Assembly: GCF_006345805.1 (NCBI RefSeq)
Contig: NW_021833857.1
Coordinates: 1-54,006 of the forward strand
DNA: 54,006 nucleotides
Direction of reading: 5' to 3'
DNA from: Octopus sinensis
Taxonomy: Eukaryota
In this document: positions 36,500 to 47,180 of the stretch, piece after piece
How positions within the stretch are numbered: position 1 is the stretch's first letter
How the letters are laid out: each line of letters begins with the position of its first letter
The notes under the pieces: model-generated
What the model was told of the DNA's origin: nothing
Database searches by the model: none
Seen by the model: only the letters and a program-made list of their open reading frames with translations
Program-made: the position numbers and the translations under genes

Positions 36500-36850
36500 T
36501 TCTTTTATCTTTTGCTTCCTTCGGTCACTAGGCTATGAGTCTAATCGAACAGATCGATCCCAATACAATTTTTCCATTAAACCTGGTACTTTGTTGCTCT
36601 TTTTGCCGGACTGCTATCTACCGGGGACATAAACAAAACAACAGCGGTTGTCAAGCTGTGGTGGGATACAAATATACACTACACACATATATAAATACGA
36701 TGGGTTATTTTTCAGTTTCCGTTTATCAAATCCATTCACAAGGCTTTAGTCGGCATAGGGCTATAGTAGAAGACACTTGCCCAAAGTGCCACGCAGTGGG
36801 ACTGAACCCAGAACCATGTGGTTAGTAAGCAGACGTCTCACCACCCTTCC
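36500..36850 (-). mobile_element. SINE family B
   Basis: Family B motifs. Confidence 0.8.
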
Positions 36851-37343
36851 ATGCTATACATGGTATACTTTACGATTAAAATCCTTTATTCGATTTCATT
36901 GTTGTTCATTACTTTTCAGTTCTATTGAATTTTTCCTATCATTTATTCAAAGAGGGAAGGGCGATGGCCTTTTATTTTCTCTGGAGCTAGCTTTCTGAAA
37001 CCCGGATAGAAAGAGGGAAGGAAGCTATCCTCTAAGCAGACACGAATCCCGAATATTAGCAACAGAGTGAACTCGTTTAAGGGCAGCTGAGAGCCACGTG
37101 GTTACCCGGGTGACGGATGATGTTTACTGCACAAGAATCAAAAACTGGAACAAACAACAGCAAATTTATCTTGCCCCACTACAGACATACATACACACAC
37201 ATATAAAGAGAGAGAGAGAGAGAGGGAGGGAGAGAGAGGGAGAGAGGGGGAGGGAGAGGGAGAGAGAGAATGGAAATATCCAGTGTAATCCGAAATGACA
37301 ATCCAGTGGTGTAAAAGAATCAGAATAGAATATACAGAATGAA

Positions 37344-37560
37344 AAGGCGGCGACCTGGCAGAAATGTTAGCACGCCGGGTGAAATGCTTAGAGATATTTC
37401 GCCTGTCTTTATGTTCTGAGTTCAAATTCCGCGCAAGTCGACTTTGCCTTTCATCCTTTTGGGGTCGATAAATTAAGTACCATTTGCGTATTGGGGTCGA
37501 TCTAATAGACTGTACCCCTCCCCCAAAATTTCAGGCCTTGTGCCTAGAAAAGAAAAGAAT
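37344..37560 (+). mobile_element. Full-length SINE family A
   Basis: AAGGCGGCGACCTGGCAGAAATGTTAGC head through tail GGCCTTGTGCCTAGAAAAG. Confidence 0.9.
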
Positions 37561-37850
37561 ATCTTGGGTGAATTAGTGAATGTCTGCGTGAGCATGTGAT
37601 ATATTTAAATGATGAAATTAAAATAATGCACGAAAGACAAGATAAAAGATATTGTAATTAGAGTAACGATCAAAGAAAGATAAAAGAAAAAAGTCTACAA
37701 CCTTTCGGATATCGATACTTCATTGGAAAAGAAAAAAAAAAAACGGGTGGAAAGAATATACAAAAAAAAAGACCCAAAAACATAAAATGAAACAAAGATG
37801 TTATTAAAGTGTTCTAGCTTGTCTTTCTGCATAGGTGTAACTAGCAATGA

Positions 37851-38236
37851 GTGGAGGCGCAATGGCCCAGTGGTTAGGGCAGCGGACTCGCGGTCATAGG
37901 ATTGCGGTTTCGATTCCCAGACCGGGCGTTTTGAGTGTTTATTGAGCGAATACATCTAAAGCTCCACGAGGCTCCGGCAAGGGATGGTGGTGATCCCTGC
38001 TGTACTCTTTCACCACAACTTTCTCTCACTCTTACTTCCTGTTTCTGTTGTACCTGTATTTCAAAGGGCCGGCTTTGTCACTCTCTGTGTCACGTTGAAT
38101 ATCCCCGAGAACTATGTTAAGGGTACACGTGTCTGTGGAGTGCTCAACCACTTACACGTTAATTTCACGAGCAGGCTGTTCCGTTGATTCGGATCAACCG
38201 GAACCCTCGTCGTCGTAACCGACGGAGTGCTTCCAC
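37851..38236 (+). mobile_element. Full-length tRNA-derived SINE, family D (386 bp)
   Basis: A box TGGCCCAGTGG, B box GGTTTCGATTCC; 10-bp TSD CTAGCAATGA. Confidence 0.9.
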
Positions 38237-38539
38237 CTAGCAATGAATGTTCGTGTGGCCGAATGGTTAAGAATTTTATTTCGCAATCATGAACGCTCTA
38301 GAGGTCCAAGTGTAAGATGACAACAGAGAAAGGAGTTGAGAATTACGTCGCATCGTTAACAGGCAACGTTGAATTCGACAATAACGGTGACGACAAAGAT
38401 GACGACCATGATGATAAAGGGGGTTTTATATGACGATGATTATAATGATACATTTCTTTATTCATCTTTTATCTGTTTCAGTCAGGGTGGGGGGCATACT
38501 GAGGCACCACCAAGATGAATTTTTAGTTGAATGAAACTA

Positions 38540-38661
38540 CTCCAGAACATTTTTTAAAACCTGGTACAAATTCTATCGGTCTCTTTTGAGGAACTGCTGA
38601 ATTTTCGGGGACGTAAACGCACCAACACTGTAGTAGGAGTGGAAAAACACGAATACATGAA

Positions 38662-38692
<31 letters not shown>

Positions 38693-38835
38693 TCTCTCTG
38701 TTTATTTTCTCTTATTTCTTTCTGTTGAAGAGCGTAGGCTCGAAACGTAAAATTTTTTCCGAGCGTCACACTAATACACTTGCTTGTTGTTCATACACCT
38801 GTCTTTGTCTTTTGTCTTCCTATAAATTCCAACTA

Positions 38836-38904
<69 letters not shown>

Positions 38905-39090
38905 ATATTACATACATGTATGTATATATACGACGGGCTTCTTTCAGTTTCCGTCAACCAAATAAAGTCACTACGTTTTTGTCGGCTCAAGGCTGTAGTA
39001 GAATACACTTGCCCTAGGTGTCATGAAGTGTGGCTGGACCCAGAACCATGTGGTTGAGAAGCAAGCTTCTTATCACACAACTACATCTGC
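38540..39090 (-). mobile_element. SINE family B with an insertion in its internal microsatellite
   Basis: Halves at 38540-38660 and 38925-39090. Confidence 0.75.
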
Positions 39091-39617
39091 GTCTGTTCAT
39101 ATTAATTTTGGAGATCAAGACAAAATTTTATAAACTTTTATAAACAAAATTTTATAAAATTTTATAAACAAAAGAAATTATTGTTGAAATGAAGTATAGG
39201 AATGAATCGAAATCGAATATGCTACATTTTTATAATTATATTTTAAATTTTAGAAATATTGCATTTCTAAATCTCGCAGAGAGAGAGAGTTATACAGTAG
39301 CACGATAAAGTGGTGGTTTGTTGCCCAATTAATGTTGCAATCCCAGGAAAGGGAAGAATGTTACTGTTATTTACCCCCAAGAAACACCGTTTCTAGTTGG
39401 CTACATGACACAAGCGTTCTGTGTCCTTACGTTTTCAAACAGGGGAGATAAGCACCGCCACACAACAAAGCCAGCATCCAGAGACTAGTTTCAGGTTTGT
39501 TGCTCTTCATCAGTCTGGAGAAGCTTGGCCTTGCTAGCTGTCGGTGCTAAATCGCTGTTGAAAACTTATAGAAATAATCAAAAGAAAGCTTATTATTAAT
39601 ATTAAAAGAATCCTTAC

Positions 39618-39811
39618 CTGCTGAAATGTTTTCCATCCACTCTGTTGATGTCGTTTCCGACTAAGTAAAATATAAACTAAGTGACCAAAAGTATCCGGTG
39701 CTTGTCCACTAATTTTCTTTGGTTTTTTCCATTTGATGAGTACATTTCTACCGTAATCCTTCACGTTAGGTAGGTCCAAGAATCGCCCCGTTCGCTTTCG
39801 ATTACTTTCTT
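39618..39811 (-). CDS. Exon (phase 1->0): first half of FN3 domain 1 (...VLIKWKKP...VYILLSRKRHQQSGWKTFQQ)
   Basis: Acceptor ttattttgaatag, donor GTAAGG; 194 nt; overlaps ORF 39534..39779. Confidence 0.85.
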
Positions 39812-40339
39812 CTATTCAAAATAAGTAAATAAAAATAAATAAAATTCTAATAAAGACTGATGTCATAAAAATTTATAAACTTCGAGAAAACGTGAAATAA
39901 TTCTTTTTTGGAACAGCGGATCTTGAAGCGGATAGAACTATAAATAACAGTGTGCAAATATTGGGTTAAAAAAACCCACTTTGGATAGGAAAAGTCGAAG
40001 TTTACCGTGGGACATGTTTACAGACGATAAGAAGATATGGGTTCGTATCCCACTCACAACCTTCAATTTTTTACTCTCAAAAAAGATTTTTGATCTAATA
40101 TTTACACAATAATTTTTATATAGCTTTATCTGCTTCGAGATTCACCGTTCTAAAAACCAATGAAGATTTTTGACATTGGTACAAAGTTATAAACGTATAG
40201 GAGAGGGGAGCATACCTGATTGAACCAATGTTCAATATGTTGGTAATACTTCTTTTTATTTTACTCCAGTAGAATAAACAAACGACAATTCGGCCCTAAA
40301 AAGGTTTGTAACTAAAAGGGTTTGCAATAAAGAAATAAG

Positions 40340-40895
40340 AAACGCCGGGCGAAATGCTTAACAGTATTTCGTCTGTCTTTACGTTCTGGGTGACAATTCC
40401 GCCGAGGTCGACTTTGCCTTTCATCCTTTCTGGGTCAATAAATTAAGTACCAGTTGCGTACTGGGGTCGATCTAATCGACTGGCCCCCTCCCCCAAAATT
40501 TTGGGCCTTGTGCCTTCAGTAGAAAATAATATTGCAGAGAGATGGCATTTATTACAGAGAGACATTTAGTTGAATGTTCTACCGTTCTTGCCCCTCTCCT
40601 GGCTGCATTTCAAATAAACTAGTAATAGTGATGTTTGAAGCAAATAGGCTCAAGGCCATATCTTTCTTTTCGTAGCGGAGAAGTATGTCGAAGGAAAATG
40701 ACCGCCTTATAGTATTGATTGCAGCGAGCTGACAGAGTCGTTAGCACTCTGGACAAAATGCATAGCGGCATTTCTTCCGGCTTTACGCTTTAATTTCAAT
40801 TTCCGCCGTGGTCAACTTAACCTTTCATCGGGGTTGATAAATGACATTGATCACCCCTTTCTCCCAAATTTCAGACTTTGTGCCTATATTAGAAA
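40340..40895 (+). mobile_element. Two SINE family A copies (40340-40530; 40722-40895)
   Basis: Core and tail motifs. Confidence 0.8.
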
Positions 40896-41008
40896 TAATT
40901 ATATTACTGTTTCTTTCTTCTTCTTAATGTTCATGCGGACAAGAATGGTTAAGACATCATTGATTTTCATTTCTGCCAAATCTTACTCCAAGACAATAGA
41001 TTTTACTT

Positions 41009-41394
41009 GTGGAAGCACTCCGTCGGTTACGACGACGAGGGTTCCGGTTGATCCGAATCAACGGAACAGCCTGCACGTGAAATTAACATTTAAGTGGCTG
41101 AGCACTCCACAGACACGTGTACCCTTAACGTAGTTCTCGGGGATATTCAGCGTGACACAGAGAGTGACAAGGCCGGCCCTTTGAAGTACAGGTACAACAG
41201 AAACAGGAAGTAAGAGTGAGAAAGTTGTGGTGAAAGAGTACAGCAGGGATCACCACCATCCCCTGCCGGAGCCTCGTGGAGCTTTTTAGGTGTTTTGGCT
41301 CAATAAACACTCACAACGCCCGGTCTGGGAATCGAAACCGCGATCCTATGACCGCGAGTCCGCTGCCCTAACCACTGGGCCATTGCGCCTCCAC
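41009..41394 (-). mobile_element. Full-length tRNA-derived SINE, family D (386 bp)
   Basis: Near-identical to 37851-38236; 11-bp TSD AGATTTTACTT. Confidence 0.9.
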
Positions 41395-41535
41395 AGATTT
41401 TACTTAACAGGACTCGAATCTGAAATCCTTTTTGGACAATTTTTGTTTTCTCATCCACCGATATCTTTCCAGGTACATGGTGGTGGTTTCTAAGATTACA
41501 GTTAGCTAGTCAAACGAATAAAAAATCAGACTTAC

Positions 41536-41578
41536 TGGAATCAAGTTTGAAATTGCAGACCATCTTACATCCGAGTTC
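41536..41578 (-). CDS. Exon (phase 0->1): ELGCKMVCNFKLDS
   Basis: Acceptor ttgtatttgcag, donor GTAAGT; continues the Cys pattern and joins the next exon in frame. Confidence 0.75.
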
Positions 41579-41707
41579 CTGCAAATACAACAATTGTAGT
41601 TGAATACAAAGCAGAGGAAGGTCTGTGATATGGAACATATAACAATAGTGGTCAATGAGGTCAATAACATGGTAGACAATGGTTTGTGATGTGAAGGGTA
41701 TCTACAG

Positions 41708-41886
41708 TACAGTTCTATATCTAAGAGATGAGGAATTATCTGCATTATTTACATTCGTCGGATATTTGTCCTCGTCTTGTTTGTTGTTAACACAACATTT
41801 CGGCTGACATACCCTCCAGCCTTCATCAGGTGTCTTGGCGAAAATTCGAACCTAGGTTCTCATCCCTAAGGTATTTTTCGATGTTG

Positions 41887-41924
<38 letters not shown>

Positions 41925-41931
41925 CTATTAC

Positions 41932-41984
<53 letters not shown>

Positions 41985-42115
41985 CGGTCACTGCCTGGAA
42001 TTGAATTTGGAATCTAGGGGTTAGTAGCCCGCGCTTTAAAACACTACACCATATGCCCGTGGGCATATGGCGTAGTTTTTAAAAGATACCGAGTCAGTTC
42101 GATTCCAGGCAGTGA

Positions 42116-42174
<59 letters not shown>

Positions 42175-42305
42175 TCGAAAAATACCTTAGGAATGAGAAC
42201 CCAGGTTCGAAATTTCCCCAAGACACCTGATGAAGGCTGGAGGGTATATCAGCCGAAACGTTGTGTGAACAGCAAACAAGATGAGGACATTTATAATGTA
42301 AATAA
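41708..42305. mobile_element. Fold-back element, family E: two head-to-head tRNA-(AAT)n-hammerhead units
   Basis: Inverted arms centred on CCATATGCCC-GT-GGGCATATGG (42059/60); CTGATGA-A-GGCTG..CAGCC-GAAA core in both arms. Confidence 0.85.
42222..42267 (+). ncRNA. Predicted minimal type I hammerhead ribozyme (Penelope-type, palindromic stem III)
   Basis: Stem I GACAC/GUGU; core CUGAUGA; stem II GGCUG/CAGCC; GAAA; AACGUU palindrome. Cleavage triplet GUU is suboptimal. Confidence 0.65.
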
Positions 42306-43259
42306 GTTGTCTACAGTACTTAGATATAAAAGGTAGAGATCGCAGAATGAAATGATTTGGAGTAACTGTTTGGAAGCTGAGAATTTGTCACAGCTGACGG
42401 CATTCAGCCTATTTTGGCGACTGTATCTTTTATGCGTTGGAGGCAAAACACGCGCGCGCGTGAAGATGGAGGGGGATAAAGGTGAGAGAAACATTGCAGT
42501 TATTAATTGAACACGGCTGACCTAAACACTTTCCTTCTCATACACATAAAGAGATATATACTGACATACATAAACAGAGAGAGAAAGAGAGGGAGGAGAA
42601 AGAAAAGGTAGAGAGAAAGAGAGCTAGGGAGAAAGAGAGCGAGGAGAAAGAGAGACAGATAGTTAGGCAGACACAAAGAGAAAAAACACTAAAACGTTTG
42701 ATGTCAAGTAAGTCAGCGTCGAATCAGCGATGCCAAATAAGCGGCGCCAAAACATCTCATACACTAAAGAAAGGTCTGTGATGTAGAAAATAGGTGAAGA
42801 GGCCAAGTACGTGACCTGTAAAAAGAATATATTATAGCAGTGGTCAGATACATGCTACAATGTGGTATGAAAAGTACCAGATAAATGCAATAGTCAATCA
42901 CGTGGTACAGAGTGAGCTATTATGCAAGGGTATATATAATGGCTAAATGAATGTTAGAGAGTGGTGTGTCATGTTACAGATGACTAAAATGATCAAATAA
43001 GTGAATGTGGGTAATAGATAGTGATCTGCGGGGATAGGAGATGTTTGGATGTCGATGACTTCTTTCACACAATAAAGTCATCAAATAAGTCATCCAATGC
43101 TGACTCATTTCACATGAGATGTTTTAATGCTTCTGTCATTCTAAAGCTTATTGGTGTTCTCCTATTCTCTCTCTCTCTCACACACACACACTAACAGTGT
43201 ATCTGAGGATTCAGTTACCCTTGTAGGTATAAGTAATGTCTCTCTCCTCCTCCCCATCT

Positions 43260-43268
43260 TTCTGTCTG

Positions 43269-43338
<70 letters not shown>

Positions 43339-43340
43339 AC
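43260..43340. repeat. (TATC)n
   Basis: Direct inspection. Confidence 0.95.
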
Positions 43341-44529
43341 TATCTGTATATGTATATTTCCGCGCGTGCGTTTGCCTCCAGTTTCAAAACGTATTGTCAC
43401 CAAAACAGGTTGATTGCTCGGTCAACCATGCCAAATCGTCAGCGCTTAAACAGCAACACGCAATAGTTTTCTCGAACGGTTTGTAGTTTAGAATATAAAT
43501 GAAGTAATCAGACAAATTGTAAAAGGTATTCTGATGCGTAAGTTATCAGAGTAGCTGTCGTGAATGGTCAGTAATGGTCAAACACGTGACGGGCAGTTAT
43601 CTTCAATGTAGACGGTAAATATAGTGGACAAATGTAGTGTAGACACTGGTATATTTATGTAAGAGATAAATTTAGTTGTGAAATACCTACGTGAACGTTT
43701 AAAGTCATCTCTGTAGATTTTCTATAGAGATTAGAGCTAACACTGAAAGTTACGACGTTTCGTATACGAATACGTCATTGTAAACAATGCGATCGAAGAT
43801 AGAAAAATAAGTAATGGGTGTATATACATATTTTAGGAACTCTTGCTCTTTCTTCAGTGTCATATTCAACCCATTAACTATCCATGAACACATTGCTTAA
43901 ATCTATATACTACGAAAACTCTGTGATTTCTTGCTTGCTTGCGTGCGTGCTTGTCTTTTATTTAACACAGCCAAATCGGTGCATAATGGGAAAATACTCT
44001 CAAAGTAAGGTACTCCTGAAATGTGAATACAAACAGACCACGGATTCCCGAGATACACGTTTTTGGAGGGTTTGTTTCCACAAATTTAAGCAGTGAAACT
44101 TATAGTTATTGTCCTTTACTGCGAACACCTTTATAAATAATCAAACCGGCACATAATGGGAAAATAATCTGAAAGTAAGGAACCATTAAAATGTGAATAC
44201 AAACGGAATAAAATAAGTTTCGTGTAAATCGGACCATGGGTTCCTGAAATATGCGGTTTTTTCGGGTATCTTAGACTATTTGTGAGTCAACTGGGTCACA
44301 GGTAGTCTAGTAACTACTAAATTTAGCGGTGCAACACAACTGGATATACCAAAGTTACACATTAAACACGTTCTTGGCAAGTGATATGTACACATGAATT
44401 ACTGGTATGGATACTGTATTTCGTTATGCAACCATAATATATTACCACATATATTAAATGTGTTATAAGTCAGGTCTGAATGAAAGTTACAAAGATCAGA
44501 ACGAAATAGTAACAATAATTATTTCCATT

Positions 44530-44680
44530 TAGGAATGAGAAATTTCCCCAAGACACCTGATGAAGGCTGGAGGGTATATCAGTCGAAACGTTGTGTTAAC
44601 AACAAACAAGATGAGAACAAATATGTGTCAAACGTAAATAATGCAGAAAATTCCTCATCTTTTAGATATAGAACTGGAAT
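44530..44680 (+). mobile_element. Family E tail-only copy with an intact hammerhead core
   Basis: GACAC-CTGATGA-A-GGCTG..CAGTC-GAAA-CGTT-GTGTT. Confidence 0.8.
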
Positions 44681-44778
44681 AATTATTTCATTTACAGTTT
44701 TAACGATAAACACCCACAATAATAACAGTATGAGCTGGAAACAAATTAAATTTTAAAAAGGGGGTGTTTGATACTTAC

Positions 44779-44853
44779 ACAATCGATGTCGGAGTCACAA
44801 ATGTAACCCCAAAGGTTCCTGTTGTAATTGAGATTCAAACACATATCCCAACA
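44779..44853 (-). CDS. Exon (phase 0->0): CWDMCLNLNYNRNLWGYICDSDIDC, Cys-rich module
   Basis: Acceptor ttctttttttcag, donor GTAAGT, 75 nt open frame. Confidence 0.8.
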
Positions 44854-44914
44854 CTGAAAAAAAGAACAAAAAAGAGAGAAATATATATAAAAAAGCTTTG
44901 AGAAAATGACTTAA

Positions 44915-45122
44915 CTCTTTGCATAGGACATATTTCCCTGGCGTCCATGGATCATTTAAGATACACATTCTCATTTTTTTCCAACTACTGGAGTCACTTG
45001 TGACTTATGAAAGGAAAGCTTTACGTTACTTCAGGACGTATGAAACAGGGAAAAACTAAAAGTCTGGAAAAAGCATGAATGTTTAGGAGAAATTTATGGA
45101 AATGCTTTGGACAGGCAAAGGG
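44915..45122. mobile_element. Probable piggyBac-type MITE
   Basis: TTAA-CTCTTTGC ... GCAAAGGG-TTAA; short TIR only. Confidence 0.45.
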
Positions 45123-45667
45123 TTAAAACTTTGTGGACCCAAGTTGATGGGGTTTGATTGAATGTGAGTAATTAAAGGTACCAGAATATGGGAAGCGTAG
45201 ATGAGGAGGAATTATTTTGAAAGAGATTCAGATCTTGGGAGATGAAAGAGAACTTACAATAACATAACTTAAGAGATTTTTGTACACATGCAGATGTGAC
45301 ACAAAAGTTATTTAAATCTGACAAGCAAAAGTTCTGGCGAAATCCTGGAGCATAAAATTAATCCATAAATGCCTAACATAAAGCACAAAGTGCATAAACT
45401 AAAGAGGCAATCATAGCTTCCAGAATCCAATTGAACAACTCTGTCTCACAAGAACAACTTTAACTGAGTGTACAATTATCTCTGCTTATAAAGGTTTACT
45501 AAGGTCTAGTCAATTTGTTAGAGTTTCACAGTTTGGATATTAACACCTATCTTCCCCATTTTGACAATGGACCTCATCCTGACCTTACAATGCAGCATGC
45601 AAAACTGTCTATTTACTTGTTTATACGATAAGACGTTTTTATCATTTTATAATTTCCTAACAAAAAA

Positions 45668-45936
45668 TACAGAAGTGATTTATTCTCAAACGCATGATAA
45701 TGCTAATACAATAGCATGAACAGGATAAACTATCCACATATTGCTGAAAAAAATCGTTACCGGCCAGCCAAGAGACTCGAACTCACATCCCTGTGATTAC
45801 ACGTCAAGTGCTTTACCTGTTCATGTTATTGTATAAGCATTATCATGCGTTTGAGAATAAATTATTTCTGTATCTTTCAATACTTCTCAACGCTTCTAAA
45901 GCAAACTTTGCTTACTCTCTTCATAAGTTGAATTCA
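45668..45936 (-). mobile_element. Fold-back element, family G, with a tRNA-like spacer
   Basis: Inverted arms flank GTAAAGCACTTGACGTGTAATCACAGGGATGTGAGTTCGAGTCTC (minus strand). Confidence 0.8.
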
Positions 45937-45937
45937 A

Positions 45938-46307
45938 TATATGTATGCGTGTATGTATGTGTGTATGTATGTATGTATGTATGTATGATGTATGTATGTA
46001 TGTATGTATGTATGTATGTACGTACGTACGTATGTATGTATGTATGTATGTATGTATGTATGTATGTATGTATGTATGTATGTATGTATGTAGTTAGATA
46101 GACAGACACACACACATATGTGTATGTACATACATTTATGTTACTGTGTCTTGGGAGGGTTAACACGCCAATGATAAAGAGACACACTTTATATTGTTGA
46201 CGTAATAATCCTCCGAAGATACAAAACTTCTTTCAACACAGGAGTTCACATCAAGAAACTTGCAAACCGAATGCAAAAATTATACATACATACATACATA
46301 CATACAT

Positions 46308-46338
<31 letters not shown>

Positions 46339-46355
46339 TACACACACACACACAC

Positions 46356-46400
<45 letters not shown>
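45938..46400. repeat. (ATGT)n and (ACAT/CA)n tracts
   Basis: 45938-46125 and 46284-46400. Confidence 0.9.
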
Positions 46401-46754
46401 ATGAAACTAAATGAATGACAGGTGAGCAGAGGTTACGTAATCACCTCCATTTATTTACATGTTTCTGCTATGAGAAGCAGTGCACTCAGATATGGGGGCT
46501 TGTGCAACGTCATATAGCTTCTTCGGAGTCATTAAGACGAAGGGTGTGTTTGTTTCCGAAATGAAAATCCCAGTTCGCTCCTGCAACCTTCACTTTCGCT
46601 CCGTTCTCTTTCAAGTGGTACCCTACAAAACACCCTTTATAAACACACGCCGAGTACGTTCATTCTTCTATTAATGTTACTGCTTTTCGATTCAACTTTG
46701 TTACCATTTTTCTTTTGGTGCAATAATTCATCGCATCATCTGCTTTCAATCACT

Positions 46755-47180
46755 TCATCGTCGTCGTCGTCGCCGTCGTCGTCGTCGCCGTCGTCTTCTT
46801 CTTCTTCTTCTTCTCTTCTTCTTCTTCTTCTTCTTCTTCTTCTTCTTCTTCTTCTTCTTCTTCTTCTTCCACGTCTCCTGCTGCTTCGACTGTTGTTTTT
46901 GCTGCTGCAATTGTTGTTATTGTTGGTTGTTGTTGTTGTTGTTGTTGCTGTTGTTGTTCTTCTTCATTTTATCTTTCTTCGTCTTCTTCTTCTTCCACTC
47001 CTTCTTCTTCCTCTTCTCCTTCTTCTTCTTCTCCTTCTTCTTCTTCTTCTTCTTCTCCTCCCTTTCTTCCTCCTCTTTTCTTCTTCTTCTTCTTCTTTTT
47101 CTTCTTCTTTTTCTTCTTCTTTTTCTTCTTCTTCTTCTTCTTCTTCTTCTTCTTCTTCTTCTTCTTCTTCTTCTTCGTTT
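46755..47180. repeat. Compound (CGT)/(CTT)/(GTT) trinucleotide tract
   Basis: Direct inspection. Confidence 0.95.

Larger units (their letters stand above)
6709..44853 (-). other. Spliced protein-coding gene (partial): Cys-rich N-terminal module + 3 FN3-like domains; anosmin-1-like / Torso-type ectodomain
   Basis: Nine GT-AG exons join in frame without stops (75+43+194+130+41+156+166+236+139 nt) to give CWDMCLNLNYNRNLWGYICDSDIDCELGCKMVCNF...VLIKWKKP...VYILLSRKR...YGLLAVNADG...EYCVHWF...LTNIKYNSHYTIRV...ANISWVAP...KYSVSW...YKIRVKA. The 5' and 3' ends are not resolved. Confidence 0.85.

Noticed and set aside
37851-37930. Functional tRNA genes (here and in the other SINE heads)
   Set aside because: Heads are fused to SINE bodies with TSDs and lack a proper acceptor stem or terminator.
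41506-41745. ORF with a signal-peptide-like MLLTSLTTIVICS
   Set aside because: It lies in the intron upstream of a strong acceptor at 41579, and the coding frame of the exon is a different one.
45258-45344. Cys-containing candidate exon (FRQNFCLSDLNNFCVTSACVQKSLKLCY) with good splice sites
   Set aside because: It is phase 1->1, so it cannot join the phase-0 exon at 44853 directly, and joining it to the 46459 candidate creates TGA. Left unresolved.
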